Notes: generated from the letters alone by a model not told the origin. A DNA stretch of 32,000 bases from Candidatus Saccharimonadota bacterium (GCF_004296475.1 NZ_AP018162.1:198547-230546); one strand, 5' to 3'. Counted from the stretch's first letter, positions 1-9,344 are shown. Program-made: numbers and translations.

Positions 1-950
1 TTATCTGAATCTATCCATTTAGTAAACTCAATTTTATTAAATTTCAATTCTTTTGATATATTATCTTCTGATATTAATATATTTTTATTTTTTTTTAATA
101 AATTTGATGCTAATTTACAATCATTTATACTATTAAAATTTAATATTACATATTTTTTATTTTTTTCTAAATTGCTATATTTTTTTTTTATTTTATTAAA
201 CCAAATATAAAAATTTTCATTTATATTTATATTATCAAATATATTTTTTTTATTAATAAATATATATTTAATCTTAAATAAATCTAAACTATAAGGTTTG
301 TTTTCATTATAATATTTTAATATTTCATCTTCAGATATATTTTTATTATTCAATATTTTTTTTACATTTATATTAGCTAATCTAATTTCTCTATCTTGGC
401 TTAATATTGGTAATAAATTTATATCTTCATTTGGTAAATAAAATTCTATATCTTTAAAATGTTTATTAATTTCAGAAAATGAAATTTTATTTATTGATAT
501 ATTATTGTAATGTTTTGGTATATTTTTTATTTCATTATTATCTATATCAGTTTGTAAAGGAATTCTATTATATAATTTATATAATATAATTTTTAATTTG
601 TCTATTTCATTTTTATTTAAATTGTTTTTATTATTTATTATTGATAAATAATATTTTGATAATAATGTTTCTTTAATTATTTTAAATATTATATTTTTTT
701 TTGTATTATTTAAATTATCAAATATAACATCAGAAATATTAAAACCGTATTCATAACTTTGCTTTCTTATCTCATTATCAAATTCAAATTTAGTTTGATC
801 TGCACTTATTTTTTCATTATTTATCTTTATTATAAAATCTTTTTGTTTAATCATTAAGTAATTCAACATACAACTACATATTAAAGATATACATATAAAA
901 TATAATAATGATTTTAATACAAAATTACTAAAATTTTTAATATTAATCAT
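1..950 (-). CDS. ppiD: Periplasmic chaperone / peptidyl-prolyl isomerase PpiD, N-terminal ~316 codons (3' end lies beyond the left edge of the window)
   Basis: Absent from the ORF track because it is open at the window edge. Hand translation of the minus strand from ATG 950 stays open to position 1. The 'tta' at 1-3 is out of frame. Product: MINIKNFSNFVLKSLLYFICISLICSCMLNYLMIKQKDFIIKINNEKISADQTKFEFDNEIRKQ... It has one N-terminal TM helix, then 'INNEKISADQTKFEFDNEIRK', which lines up with E. coli PpiD 'VNGQEISRAQFENAFNSERNR' (from memory). It sits 4 nt downstream of lon, the enterobacterial lon-(hupB)-ppiD position. Confidence 0.7.
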   Translation of the reverse strand, partial: MINIKNFSNFVLKSLLYFICISLICSCMLNYLMIKQKDFIIKINNEKISADQTKFEFDNEIRKQSYEYGFNISDVIFDNLNNTKKNIIFKIIKETLLSKYYLSIINNKNNLNKNEIDKLKIILYKLYNRIPLQTDIDNNEIKNIPKHYNNISINKISFSEINKHFKDIEFYLPNEDINLLPILSQDREIRLANINVKKILNNKNISEDEILKYYNENKPYSLDLFKIKYIFINKKNIFDNININENFYIWFNKIKKKYSNLEKNKKYVILNFNSINDCKLASNLLKKNKNILISEDNISKELKFNKIEFTKWIDSD

Positions 951-954
951 TTTA

Positions 955-3315
955 TTAACTAAAATTTTTTAAAGGATTATTTATAAATGATAATAATATA
1001 ACTTCATTTATATTATTAACTAAATGTATATTTAAATTATATAATATATCTTTTTCTAATTCTTCTAAATCATAATTATTATTTTTAGGTATAATTATAT
1101 TATTTATACCATTTCTTTTAGCTGCTAATATTTTTTCTTTTAAACCTCCTATTGGTAAAATATTTCCATATAATGTTATTTCTCCAGTCATTGCTATATT
1201 AGATTTTACCGGGATATTTAATAATGAAGAAATTAATGCAATACATATTGTTATACCAGCACTTGGTCCATCTTTATGAATTGATGTTTCAGGCATATGT
1301 ACATGTATATCTATATCTTCATAATTATTTTTTATATCTAATATATCAGAAATATGCTTTATAAAAGTTAATGAAGTTTTAATAGATTCTTTTATAATAT
1401 CTCCTAATGACCCAGTATATATTAGTCTACCTTTTCCTTTATTTATTAAAATTTCAACTGGCATTATATCTCCTCCTGATTCAGTCCATGCTAATCCATT
1501 AACTATGCCTATTTGATTTTCTTTATTATAATATTTTTCATAATCAAATTTTTTTGGACCAAGAAATTTATTTATATTATCAATATTAATTTCTATTGAT
1601 TTTATATTATTATCATTTTCAATTAAAGTTACCACTTTTCTACAAATTTTAGAAATTTGTTTTTCTAAATTTCTTACACCTGATTCTTGTGTATAATATC
1701 TTATTATATTAATAATAGAATCATTATTTATTTTTATTTCACTTTTTTTTAAAAAATTTTGATTTATTTGTTTTGTAAATAAGTAATTTTTTGCTATATT
1801 TAATTTTTCATCTTCTGTATAACTTGATATATTTATTATCTCCATTCTATCAAGTAATGGGATAGGTATATTTGATATTGAATTAGATGTAGTAATAAAC
1901 ATAACTTCAGATAAATCATAATCTAATTCTATATAATGATCATTAAATGAGTAATTTTGATCAGGATCTAATACTTCTAATAATGCTGAAGAAGGATCCC
2001 CTCTTAAATCAGAAGACATTTTATCTATTTCATCTAATAGAAATAACGGATTTTTAACCCCAACTTTAGAAATTCTTTGTATTATTTTTCCTGGCATTGA
2101 GCCTATATATGTTCTTCTATGACCTCTTATTTCAGATTCATCTTTTAATCCACCAAGAGATATTTTTATATATTTTCTTCCAGTAGCTTTAGCTATTGAT
2201 TTACCTAATGAAGTTTTACCAACCCCAGGAGGGCCTACAAAGCATAATATAGGCCCTTTAATTTTATTATTCTTAGATCTTATTTGCACAGATAAATATT
2301 CTAATATTCTCTCTTTTACTTTTTTTAATCCATAATGATCATTATCTAAAATTGTTTTAGCATAATTTATATCAGATTTTAATTTTGTTTTTTTTTTCCA
2401 AGGTATTATTAATAACCAATCTATATAGTTTCTAACTACTGTAGATTCAGCAGACATCATTGGCATATTTTTTAATTTATTTAATTCATTTTTTATTTTT
2501 AATTTTATTTCCTTAGAAGATTTTAAATCATTTATTTTTTTTTCAAAAATTTCATATTCGTCTATATTATCTTTATTCCCTAATTCTTTCTGTATCGCTT
2601 TTATTTGTTCATTTAAATAATATTCCTTTTGACTTTTTTCCATTTGTTTTTTTATTCTATTCCTTATTTTTTTTTCTATAATAAGAATATCTAATTCTTT
2701 TTCTATTATTTTTATTAGAAAATTTATTCTATTTAATATATTTGATTCTTCTAATATATATTGTTTATCATTTATTTTTATTGGAAGATTAGATGATATA
2801 ATATCTACGAGTTTTGATATATTATTAAATTCTATATTGTATATAGAATTTAATATATCTATAGATATTTTTTTATCTAATTTTATATAATCTTCAAATT
2901 TATTTATTAAAATTTTACAATATGCTTCTTTTTCATTATTAGTTAAGTTACATATTTCTTTTATATATTCTAATTCTGATATAAAAAAATTACCATTATC
3001 ATATATATTTTTTATTTTAATTCTATTTAATCCTTCTATTAAAATTTTTATTGTGCCATTATGTAATCTAACAAATTGTAAAACTATAGATAATGTACCT
3101 ACATTAAATAAATCGTCTATATTTGGAAAATCTTTATTTGATTCTTTTTGAGTAACTAAAATTATTTTTTTATCTTTTCTCATTACCTCTTCTAAACATT
3201 TTATTGATTTATCTCTTCCTATAAATAAAGGTAATATTATAAAAGGATATACAATAATATCTCTTAAAGGTAATATTGGAATTAATAATTTATTATTTAA
3301 TTTATTATTTATCAT
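955..3315 (-). CDS. lon: ATP-dependent Lon protease
   Basis: 786-aa ORF. AAA+ Walker A 'GPPGVGKTS', Walker B 'FLLDEIDK', C-terminal protease domain with the catalytic-serine motif 'DGPSAG'. Full length and far better conserved than neighbouring genes. Confidence 0.97.
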   Translation of the reverse strand: MINNKLNNKLLIPILPLRDIIVYPFIILPLFIGRDKSIKCLEEVMRKDKKIILVTQKESNKDFPNIDDLFNVGTLSIVLQFVRLHNGTIKILIEGLNRIKIKNIYDNGNFFISELEYIKEICNLTNNEKEAYCKILINKFEDYIKLDKKISIDILNSIYNIEFNNISKLVDIISSNLPIKINDKQYILEESNILNRINFLIKIIEKELDILIIEKKIRNRIKKQMEKSQKEYYLNEQIKAIQKELGNKDNIDEYEIFEKKINDLKSSKEIKLKIKNELNKLKNMPMMSAESTVVRNYIDWLLIIPWKKKTKLKSDINYAKTILDNDHYGLKKVKERILEYLSVQIRSKNNKIKGPILCFVGPPGVGKTSLGKSIAKATGRKYIKISLGGLKDESEIRGHRRTYIGSMPGKIIQRISKVGVKNPLFLLDEIDKMSSDLRGDPSSALLEVLDPDQNYSFNDHYIELDYDLSEVMFITTSNSISNIPIPLLDRMEIINISSYTEDEKLNIAKNYLFTKQINQNFLKKSEIKINNDSIINIIRYYTQESGVRNLEKQISKICRKVVTLIENDNNIKSIEINIDNINKFLGPKKFDYEKYYNKENQIGIVNGLAWTESGGDIMPVEILINKGKGRLIYTGSLGDIIKESIKTSLTFIKHISDILDIKNNYEDIDIHVHMPETSIHKDGPSAGITICIALISSLLNIPVKSNIAMTGEITLYGNILPIGGLKEKILAAKRNGINNIIIPKNNNYDLEELEKDILYNLNIHLVNNINEVILLSFINNPLKNFS

Positions 3316-3456
3316 ATTTTTATTTTAATAATTAATTTAATAATATAATTATTTTATTAGTTAAAATATATAATTTTTTTAAAAATGTTTAATTAAATTT
3401 ATAAATTAATTTAAGGAAATGTATTGTAATATTATATTTTTTTTTAAATTAAATAA

Positions 3457-3530
3457 CGGTGCGGACGGGATTTGAACCCGTGACCCTCGGCGTGACAGAC
3501 CGATGTTCTAACCATCTGAACTACCGCACC
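3457..3530 (-). tRNA. tRNA-Asp (anticodon GTC)
   Basis: Hand-folded cloverleaf on the minus strand: GGTGCGGTAGTTCAGATGGTTAGAACATCGGTCTGTCACGCCGAGGGTCACGGGTTCAAATCCCGTCCGCACCG. Acceptor GGTGCGG/CCGCACC, anticodon loop CTGTCAC, T-loop TTCAAAT, discriminator G, no encoded CCA. It lies just downstream of dnaQ, as aspV does in E. coli. Confidence 0.95.
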
Positions 3531-3554
3531 AATAGATAATATTATATATTAAGT

Positions 3555-4247
3555 TTAATTATTAATATATTTTTTTTTTATAAAATTAAAAAAAATATTA
3601 TTACTTAATATTTCTTTTTTATTTGCATAAATTATTTTAATATTTTTTTTATTTAATATATTATATTCTATATTATTTTTATTATTAATATCAAAATCTA
3701 TTTTTATTTGGTTACTAGTTAATTTTAAAAAAACTTCAGCTAAAATATTTGCATCTAATAATGCACTATGAAATTTTCTATCTTTATTATTTACAGATAA
3801 TCTAAAACATAAATCATTTAAATTATTTTTTTTACAAGGAAATACCTTTCTTGCTATATTTAAACTATCTATTATAGTACATATTTTATCTATTTTTATT
3901 TCTTTTTTTAAATTAAGCATATTTATTTCATTATTTATAAAACCTACATCAAATCTTGCATTATGTATTATTAAATCTGAGCCTTTTATAAATTTTATAA
4001 ATTCAACTATTTTATCTTTAAATAAAGGTTTATCTTTTAAAAAATCTTCTTTTATATTATGTATTTTATATGCTTCTTTATCTATTAATCTTCTAGGATT
4101 AAGATATGTATGAAATTTTTTACCTGTTATTTTTCTATCTAATATTTCTACAGCTGCTATTTCTATTATTTTATGACCTAAATAATGAGCTCCAAATTTA
4201 TTTATTCCTGTTGTTTCTGTATCCAACGCTATTTGTCTTTTTTTCAT
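3555..4247 (-). CDS. dnaQ: DNA polymerase III epsilon subunit (3'-5' proofreading exonuclease)
   Basis: 230-aa ORF with the three DEDDh motifs: ExoI 'ALDTETTG', ExoII 'HNARFDVGFI', ExoIII 'HSALLDANILAEVF'. Divergently arranged with rnhA, as in E. coli. Confidence 0.93.
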   Translation of the reverse strand: MKKRQIALDTETTGINKFGAHYLGHKIIEIAAVEILDRKITGKKFHTYLNPRRLIDKEAYKIHNIKEDFLKDKPLFKDKIVEFIKFIKGSDLIIHNARFDVGFINNEINMLNLKKEIKIDKICTIIDSLNIARKVFPCKKNNLNDLCFRLSVNNKDRKFHSALLDANILAEVFLKLTSNQIKIDFDINNKNNIEYNILNKKNIKIIYANKKEILSNNIFFNFIKKKYINN

Positions 4248-4273
4248 AACATTTATATTTTAAAATATTTAAT

Positions 4274-4771
4274 ATGAAAATGATAGATACATTCATTGAT
4301 GGATCATGTATTAAAAACCCAGGACCTGGAGGATATGGTATTTTAATTAAATATAATAATTATACAAAAGAAATAAGTAATGGATATTATTTAACAACTA
4401 ATAATAGAATGGAATTAATGGGGGCTTTAATTTTATTAAAAAATATTAACAAAAAATATATTTTAAAAATAAATACAGATAGTATGTATTTAAAATTAGG
4501 AATAACTAAATGGATTTATAATTGGAAAAATAATAATTGGAAATTATATAATAAAAAAGAAATTAAAAATTTAGATTTATGGAAATTATTATATTTTAAT
4601 ATATGTAAATTTAAAATTATAAATTGGAATTGGATAAAAAGTCATTCAGGTGTAAAAGAAAATGAAAGATGTGATTTTTTAGCTAAACTTTCATCATACA
4701 ACCCAAAACTAAAAGATTATGGATATGAAAAACAAAATTATGATAAATATAAAAGAATCAATTATAAATGA
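4274..4771 (+). CDS. rnhA: Ribonuclease HI
   Basis: 165-aa ORF with 'DGSCIKNPGPGGYG', 'TNNRMELMGA', 'DSMY' and 'HSGVKENERCD', the RNase H catalytic context. About 10 extra C-terminal residues run into the argS start. Confidence 0.93.
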   Translation: MKMIDTFIDGSCIKNPGPGGYGILIKYNNYTKEISNGYYLTTNNRMELMGALILLKNINKKYILKINTDSMYLKLGITKWIYNWKNNNWKLYNKKEIKNLDLWKLLYFNICKFKIINWNWIKSHSGVKENERCDFLAKLSSYNPKLKDYGYEKQNYDKYKRINYK

Positions 4772-6461
4772 TATATATAATATATTTAATTTATATAAAA
4801 TAAATATCATAAAAAAAAAAATAATATTAAGAGAAAGTAAATTATTTGGTGATTATAAAATAGATGGGATATTTAATATATTAAAAAATATAAGTAATAA
4901 AGATATTTTATTAAATAAAATAATAGAAAAAATTAAAAAAAATAAATTTATTGAAAAAGTAATACTAATAAATAATTTTATAAATATATATTTAAGCAAT
5001 GAATATATAGAAAATAATATATTAAATATGTTATGTAATAAATTTAATATAAATAAAAAAATTAATACAAATACTATAGTTATAGATTATTCATCACCAA
5101 ATATGGCAAAAGAACTTCATATAGGTCATATAAGATCAACTTTTATAGGCGATTCTATATCTAATATATTAAAATTTATTGGTAATAAAGTAATAAAAGT
5201 AAGTCATATAGGAGATTGGGGGATAAATTTTGGTATGATAATATATGAGTTTATGATAAATGGTTTTAATGAATATTCAGATATATCAATATATGATATA
5301 GAAAAATTATATATTAAATCTAGAATTAAATATTTAAATGATAAAAATTTTAATAAAAATTCTAATATTATTTTTAAAAAATTACAAGATAAAAATACTT
5401 ATATAACAAATATATGGAATAAAATAATAAAAATATCAATAATGAATATTTTAAGAATATATAAAATTATGAATATATCATTAAAATTAAACAATATAAT
5501 AGGAGAAAGTTATTATCAAAAATTTATACCAGAAATAATAGATGATTTGACTAATAAAAATATTTTAAAAGAATATAATGGTTCTAAAATAATATTTTTA
5601 AAAAAATTTAAAAATAAAGAAAATAAAATTATGGGGATAATTTTACAAAAAAAAGACGGAACATATTTATATTCATCAACCGAAATTGCATCTATAAAAT
5701 ATAGATTAAATATATTAAAAGCTAATAAAATTATTTATTATGTAGATAGTAGACAATCAGATCATATAAAATTTTCATATGAAATATCAAAAATTGCTGG
5801 ATATATACCAAAAAATTCATATATAGAGCATCATATATTTGGTATGATATTAAATAAAGATAATAAACCATTTAAAACAAGAGATGGTGATTTATTAAAA
5901 TTAATAGATATAATAAAAGAAGTAAAATATAAAATAAAAAAAGATCTTAAATATAAGATAAAATGTAAAAGAAAAATAAATAATATAGTAAATAATTTAA
6001 GTATAGGATCAATAAAATATTTTGAATTATCTAAAAATAGATTTAATAATTATATATTTAAAATAGATAATATAATATCTATTAATAAAAATACATTTTT
6101 TTATATACAATATACATATATTAGAATATGTTCGTTAATAAATAAATATAAAATTAAAAATAAAAAAAATATATCAGATTTAAAAGTAGAATTTAAAATA
6201 TATAATAAATATGAAAGAGATCTTGCTATTAATATAATAAATTTTGAGGAAAAAATAATACTTTCTGGTAATAATGGATTACCAAATATATTATGTGATT
6301 ATATTTATATGATATCAACAAAATTTTCTATTTTTTATGAAAAATGTAAAATTTTAGAAACAAATACTATTAATAGTAAATTAAATTTAATAATATTGAC
6401 TTCTAAAATAATAAAAATATCATTAAATTTATTAGGTATAAAAACATTAAATAAAATTTAA
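4719..6461 (+). CDS. argS: Arginyl-tRNA synthetase
   Basis: 580-aa ORF with the class I HIGH motif in 'SSPNMAKELHIGHIRS'. Residues from the 8th codon ('MINIKESI...') align with the E. coli ArgS N-terminus, so the real start may be ATG 4740 rather than 4719. Either start overlaps the rnhA 3' end. Confidence 0.95.
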   Translation: MDMKNKIMINIKESIINDIYNIFNLYKINIIKKKIILRESKLFGDYKIDGIFNILKNISNKDILLNKIIEKIKKNKFIEKVILINNFINIYLSNEYIENNILNMLCNKFNINKKINTNTIVIDYSSPNMAKELHIGHIRSTFIGDSISNILKFIGNKVIKVSHIGDWGINFGMIIYEFMINGFNEYSDISIYDIEKLYIKSRIKYLNDKNFNKNSNIIFKKLQDKNTYITNIWNKIIKISIMNILRIYKIMNISLKLNNIIGESYYQKFIPEIIDDLTNKNILKEYNGSKIIFLKKFKNKENKIMGIILQKKDGTYLYSSTEIASIKYRLNILKANKIIYYVDSRQSDHIKFSYEISKIAGYIPKNSYIEHHIFGMILNKDNKPFKTRDGDLLKLIDIIKEVKYKIKKDLKYKIKCKRKINNIVNNLSIGSIKYFELSKNRFNNYIFKIDNIISINKNTFFYIQYTYIRICSLINKYKIKNKKNISDLKVEFKIYNKYERDLAINIINFEEKIILSGNNGLPNILCDYIYMISTKFSIFYEKCKILETNTINSKLNLIILTSKIIKISLNLLGIKTLNKI

Positions 6462-7963
6462 AATTTTTTTAATAAAAAGAATGATACTAAATAAGATAAT
6501 TTACCTATTAATATTAAAGATACTAATTTTATTAATCTAATAAATAAATTGTTATAATCAAAAATTTTTATATATTTTTTACCTATTTTTAAAGATATTA
6601 TCATTACTAATGATGATATAAATATTTTGTATAAAATATTTAACCAATCAATTTTATCTTTAAATAATTTATTTTTTATTAACATATAATATAATATTAT
6701 AGAATTAATTAATGATGTTAATGTTATAGATAAAGATAATCCTATATGTTTAAATTTAAATATTAATAAAAAGTTTATAAATTGTGTTAAAAATAAAGTT
6801 AATACAGAAGATTTTAATACAGTTTTATTATCTTGATATGAACTAAATGCAACATTTAATAATTTTAATATAACTATTGATGTTAATCCCAATGAATAAT
6901 ATATTAATGATTCTTTTGTCATTAAAGTGTCAAATTTAGAAAATTTTCCATATTGGAATAATGATACTATTATTTCTTCAGATAATATTATTATTATAAT
7001 AGATGCTGGTATAGATAATAATAAACTTAATCTTATACCCCAATTTAATATATCAGAATATTTATCTATATTATTTATATTATTTGACAATATAGGAAAT
7101 ATTATTGTGCTTAAAGAAACTCCTAAAACACCAGATGAAAATTCTATTATCTTATCTGAATAGTATAGCCAAGATATTGATCCAGGATTTAAAAACGATA
7201 CTAATATAGTATTTAATATATTAGATATTTGACTAACTAAAACATTAATAGTTATAGGTATAATTTTATATATAATATTAAATATATTTTTATCTATACT
7301 GAAATTTGGTATTAAATTTATATTAAATAAAAATTTTAAAGAAAACAAATGAATAATTAGTTGTAATATATTACCTACTATTATAGATATTGGTAATAAT
7401 ATTATATTTGTACTATTATACAAATTAATTATTAATATTAAAAAGATCCCAGTAACTAAATTAGATATAGATGGTGATATAGATGAAACAGTAAAATTAT
7501 TAAATATATTTAATACAGATCCGGAAAAAGATATAAATGAAATTATAAATATATAAGGTAATAATATTTTAAATAAATTTACAGTTAATAAAAATTCATT
7601 ATAATTATTACTTACTCCAGGAGCTATAATTTTAATCATATTAGATGAAAATAATAAACATAAAGACATTATTATAAATAATAATATTATTAAAAATCCA
7701 GAAATCTTTTTTATAAATATTTTTGTATCTTTAATACTATTATTATTTTTGTAATCTACTAATATTGGTATTAAAACTTGAAAAAATATACCATCAGCTA
7801 ATATTCTTTTAAATAAATTTATTAATCTAAATGATATAAAAAATGAATCTGTATTTAAACCAGCTCCAAATATTTTTGCTATAACTATATCTTTAATAAA
7901 TCCAATAACTTTTGAAATTAAAGTTATATTACTTACTAATACTAAATTTTTGATTAAATTCAT
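6458..7963 (-). CDS. murJ: Lipid II flippase MurJ (MviN)
   Basis: 501-aa polytopic membrane ORF. N-terminus 'MNLIKNLVLVSNITLISKVIGFIKDIVIAKIFGAGLNTDSFFISFRLINLFKRI' matches E. coli MurJ '[54 protein letters not shown]' (from memory). Confidence 0.9.
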   Translation of the reverse strand: MNLIKNLVLVSNITLISKVIGFIKDIVIAKIFGAGLNTDSFFISFRLINLFKRILADGIFFQVLIPILVDYKNNNSIKDTKIFIKKISGFLIILLFIIMSLCLLFSSNMIKIIAPGVSNNYNEFLLTVNLFKILLPYIFIISFISFSGSVLNIFNNFTVSSISPSISNLVTGIFLILIINLYNSTNIILLPISIIVGNILQLIIHLFSLKFLFNINLIPNFSIDKNIFNIIYKIIPITINVLVSQISNILNTILVSFLNPGSISWLYYSDKIIEFSSGVLGVSLSTIIFPILSNNINNIDKYSDILNWGIRLSLLLSIPASIIIIILSEEIIVSLFQYGKFSKFDTLMTKESLIYYSLGLTSIVILKLLNVAFSSYQDNKTVLKSSVLTLFLTQFINFLLIFKFKHIGLSLSITLTSLINSIILYYMLIKNKLFKDKIDWLNILYKIFISSLVMIISLKIGKKYIKIFDYNNLFIRLIKLVSLILIGKLSYLVSFFLLKKF

Positions 7964-7980
7964 ATTTTTATATATTTTAT

Positions 7981-8075
7981 TAGTGAGAGAGGGATTTGAA
8001 CCCTCGAGTATAAAAATATATTTTTATACACATATTTTTACAAATATGTTCTTTAAGCCGCTCAGACATCTCACT
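7981..8075 (-). tRNA. tRNA-Tyr (anticodon GTA), atypical: 95 nt, long variable arm, 8-nt anticodon loop
   Basis: Minus-strand fold: acceptor AGTGAGA/TCTCACT, D-arm TCT-GAGCGGCTTAA-AGA (type II tRNA), anticodon stem CATAT/ATATG around TTGTAAAA (GTA), ~25-nt variable region, T-arm GAGGG-TTCAAAT-CCCTC, discriminator A. The core resembles E. coli tRNA-Tyr. No encoded CCA. Confidence 0.85.
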
Positions 8076-8077
8076 TT

Positions 8078-8149
8078 AGTCGATAATAGGAATTAAACCT
8101 ATAACTGTACATTACGAATGTATTGTTTTAATCATTAAACTATATCGAC
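8078..8149 (-). tRNA. tRNA-Thr (anticodon CGT)
   Basis: Minus-strand fold: GTCGATA-TA-GTTT-AATGATTA-AAAC-A-ATACA-TTCGTAA-TGTAC-AGTT-ATAGG-TTTAATT-CCTAT-TATCGAC-T. The acceptor, anticodon loop and T-stem closely parallel E. coli tRNA-Thr(CGU) (GCCGATATAG...CATTCGTAATG...TAGGTT..CCTATTATCGGC, from memory). It lies 2 nt upstream of tRNA-Tyr. Confidence 0.85.
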
Positions 8150-8215
8150 ATTTTAATATTCATAATATAATATTATTTTAATTATATATAATTTTTATTA
8201 ATAAATATACAAGTT

Positions 8216-9313
8216 ATGATTAAAAAAAAAGTAATAGTAGCAATGTCAGGTGGGGTAGATTCATCAGTATCTGCATATATATTAAAAAAAATCGGATATT
8301 GTGTAGAAGGAATTTTTATGAATAATTGGGAAATAGATAATAATGAAAATAGTTGTAATTCATTAAAAGATTTTTTAGATACTAAATTAGTTACAGATAT
8401 ATTAGATATAAAATTACATACTATTAACTTTTCAAAAGATTATTTTAATAATGTATTCAAATATTTTTTAAATGTATATTTAAAAGGAAATACTCCAAAT
8501 CCTGACATTTTATGTAATAAAATAATAAAATTTAATATATTAAAAGATTTTATTAATAAAAATATAAAATGTGATTATATATCTACTGGTCATTATGCAA
8601 GAAATATATTTTGTAAAAAAAAAAATAAAAATTTCTTATTAAGAGGATTAGATAAAAATAAAGATCAAAGTTATTTTTTATATAAATTAAATTCTAATGA
8701 AATAAATAAATATATTTTTCCATTAGGAAATTTTAAAAAAAATGAAGTTAGAAAAATAGCAGAAAAAATAAAAATAAGTAATTATAATAAAAAAAGCTCA
8801 ACTGGTATATGTTTTATAGGAAATAAGTGTTTTAATAACTTTTTAAGTAAATTTATAAGTAAATCAAAAGGTATTATATTATCTGAAGATAATAAATTTA
8901 TAGGATATCATAATGGTATATCGTTTTATACTATAGGCCAGAGAAAAGGTTTGAATATAGGAGGTATAAAAGGATACAAAGAAAGTCCATGGTATATAAT
9001 AGATAAAAATATAAAAAAAAATATATTGGTAGTATCACAAAATAAAAATCATAAAAATTTAATATCTTATGGATTAATAGCTAATAATATAAATTGGATA
9101 AATAAAATCCCTAATAATATTAATAGATTTAAAGCATTAGTAAAAATAAGATATAATCATAATAATGATATAAATTCTTTAGTAAAAATATTTAATAATT
9201 TTGTATATGTAATTTTTGATAAACCTAATGGTGTAGTTGTACCAGGACAATCAGTTGTATTTTATATAGGAAATAATTGTATAGGAGGAGGAATAATTTA
9301 TTCTAGAATTTAA
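8216..9313 (+). CDS. mnmA: tRNA-specific 2-thiouridylase MnmA (TrmU)
   Basis: 365-aa ORF. N-terminal PP-loop 'VIVAMSGGVDSSVSA'. Full length relative to the E. coli enzyme. Confidence 0.95.
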   Translation: MIKKKVIVAMSGGVDSSVSAYILKKIGYCVEGIFMNNWEIDNNENSCNSLKDFLDTKLVTDILDIKLHTINFSKDYFNNVFKYFLNVYLKGNTPNPDILCNKIIKFNILKDFINKNIKCDYISTGHYARNIFCKKKNKNFLLRGLDKNKDQSYFLYKLNSNEINKYIFPLGNFKKNEVRKIAEKIKISNYNKKSSTGICFIGNKCFNNFLSKFISKSKGIILSEDNKFIGYHNGISFYTIGQRKGLNIGGIKGYKESPWYIIDKNIKKNILVVSQNKNHKNLISYGLIANNINWINKIPNNINRFKALVKIRYNHNNDINSLVKIFNNFVYVIFDKPNGVVVPGQSVVFYIGNNCIGGGIIYSRI

Positions 9314-9344
9314 ATATTATTTAATAATTTATATTTAATTTTTA

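Noticed and set aside
1-3. 'tta' at the very start of the window as the ppiD stop codon
   Set aside because: It is out of frame with the ORF that starts at 950, whose codon boundaries fall at 3-5, 6-8 and so on. The ppiD frame is still open at the window edge, and ~316 codons is only about half of a normal PpiD.
6927-7163. 78-aa plus-strand ORF inside murJ
   Set aside because: It lies entirely antisense to a well-supported murJ coding region, and I recognise no motif. Long antisense ORFs are expected by chance because stop codons on one strand of AT-rich coding DNA are depleted in certain frames.
8008-8029. Perfect 22-nt AT palindrome considered as a terminator or a protein-binding inverted repeat between murJ and mnmA
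   Set aside because: It falls entirely within the variable arm of the tRNA-Tyr cloverleaf, bounded by a proper anticodon arm and T-arm. It has no GC stem or trailing T-tract of the kind an intrinsic terminator needs.
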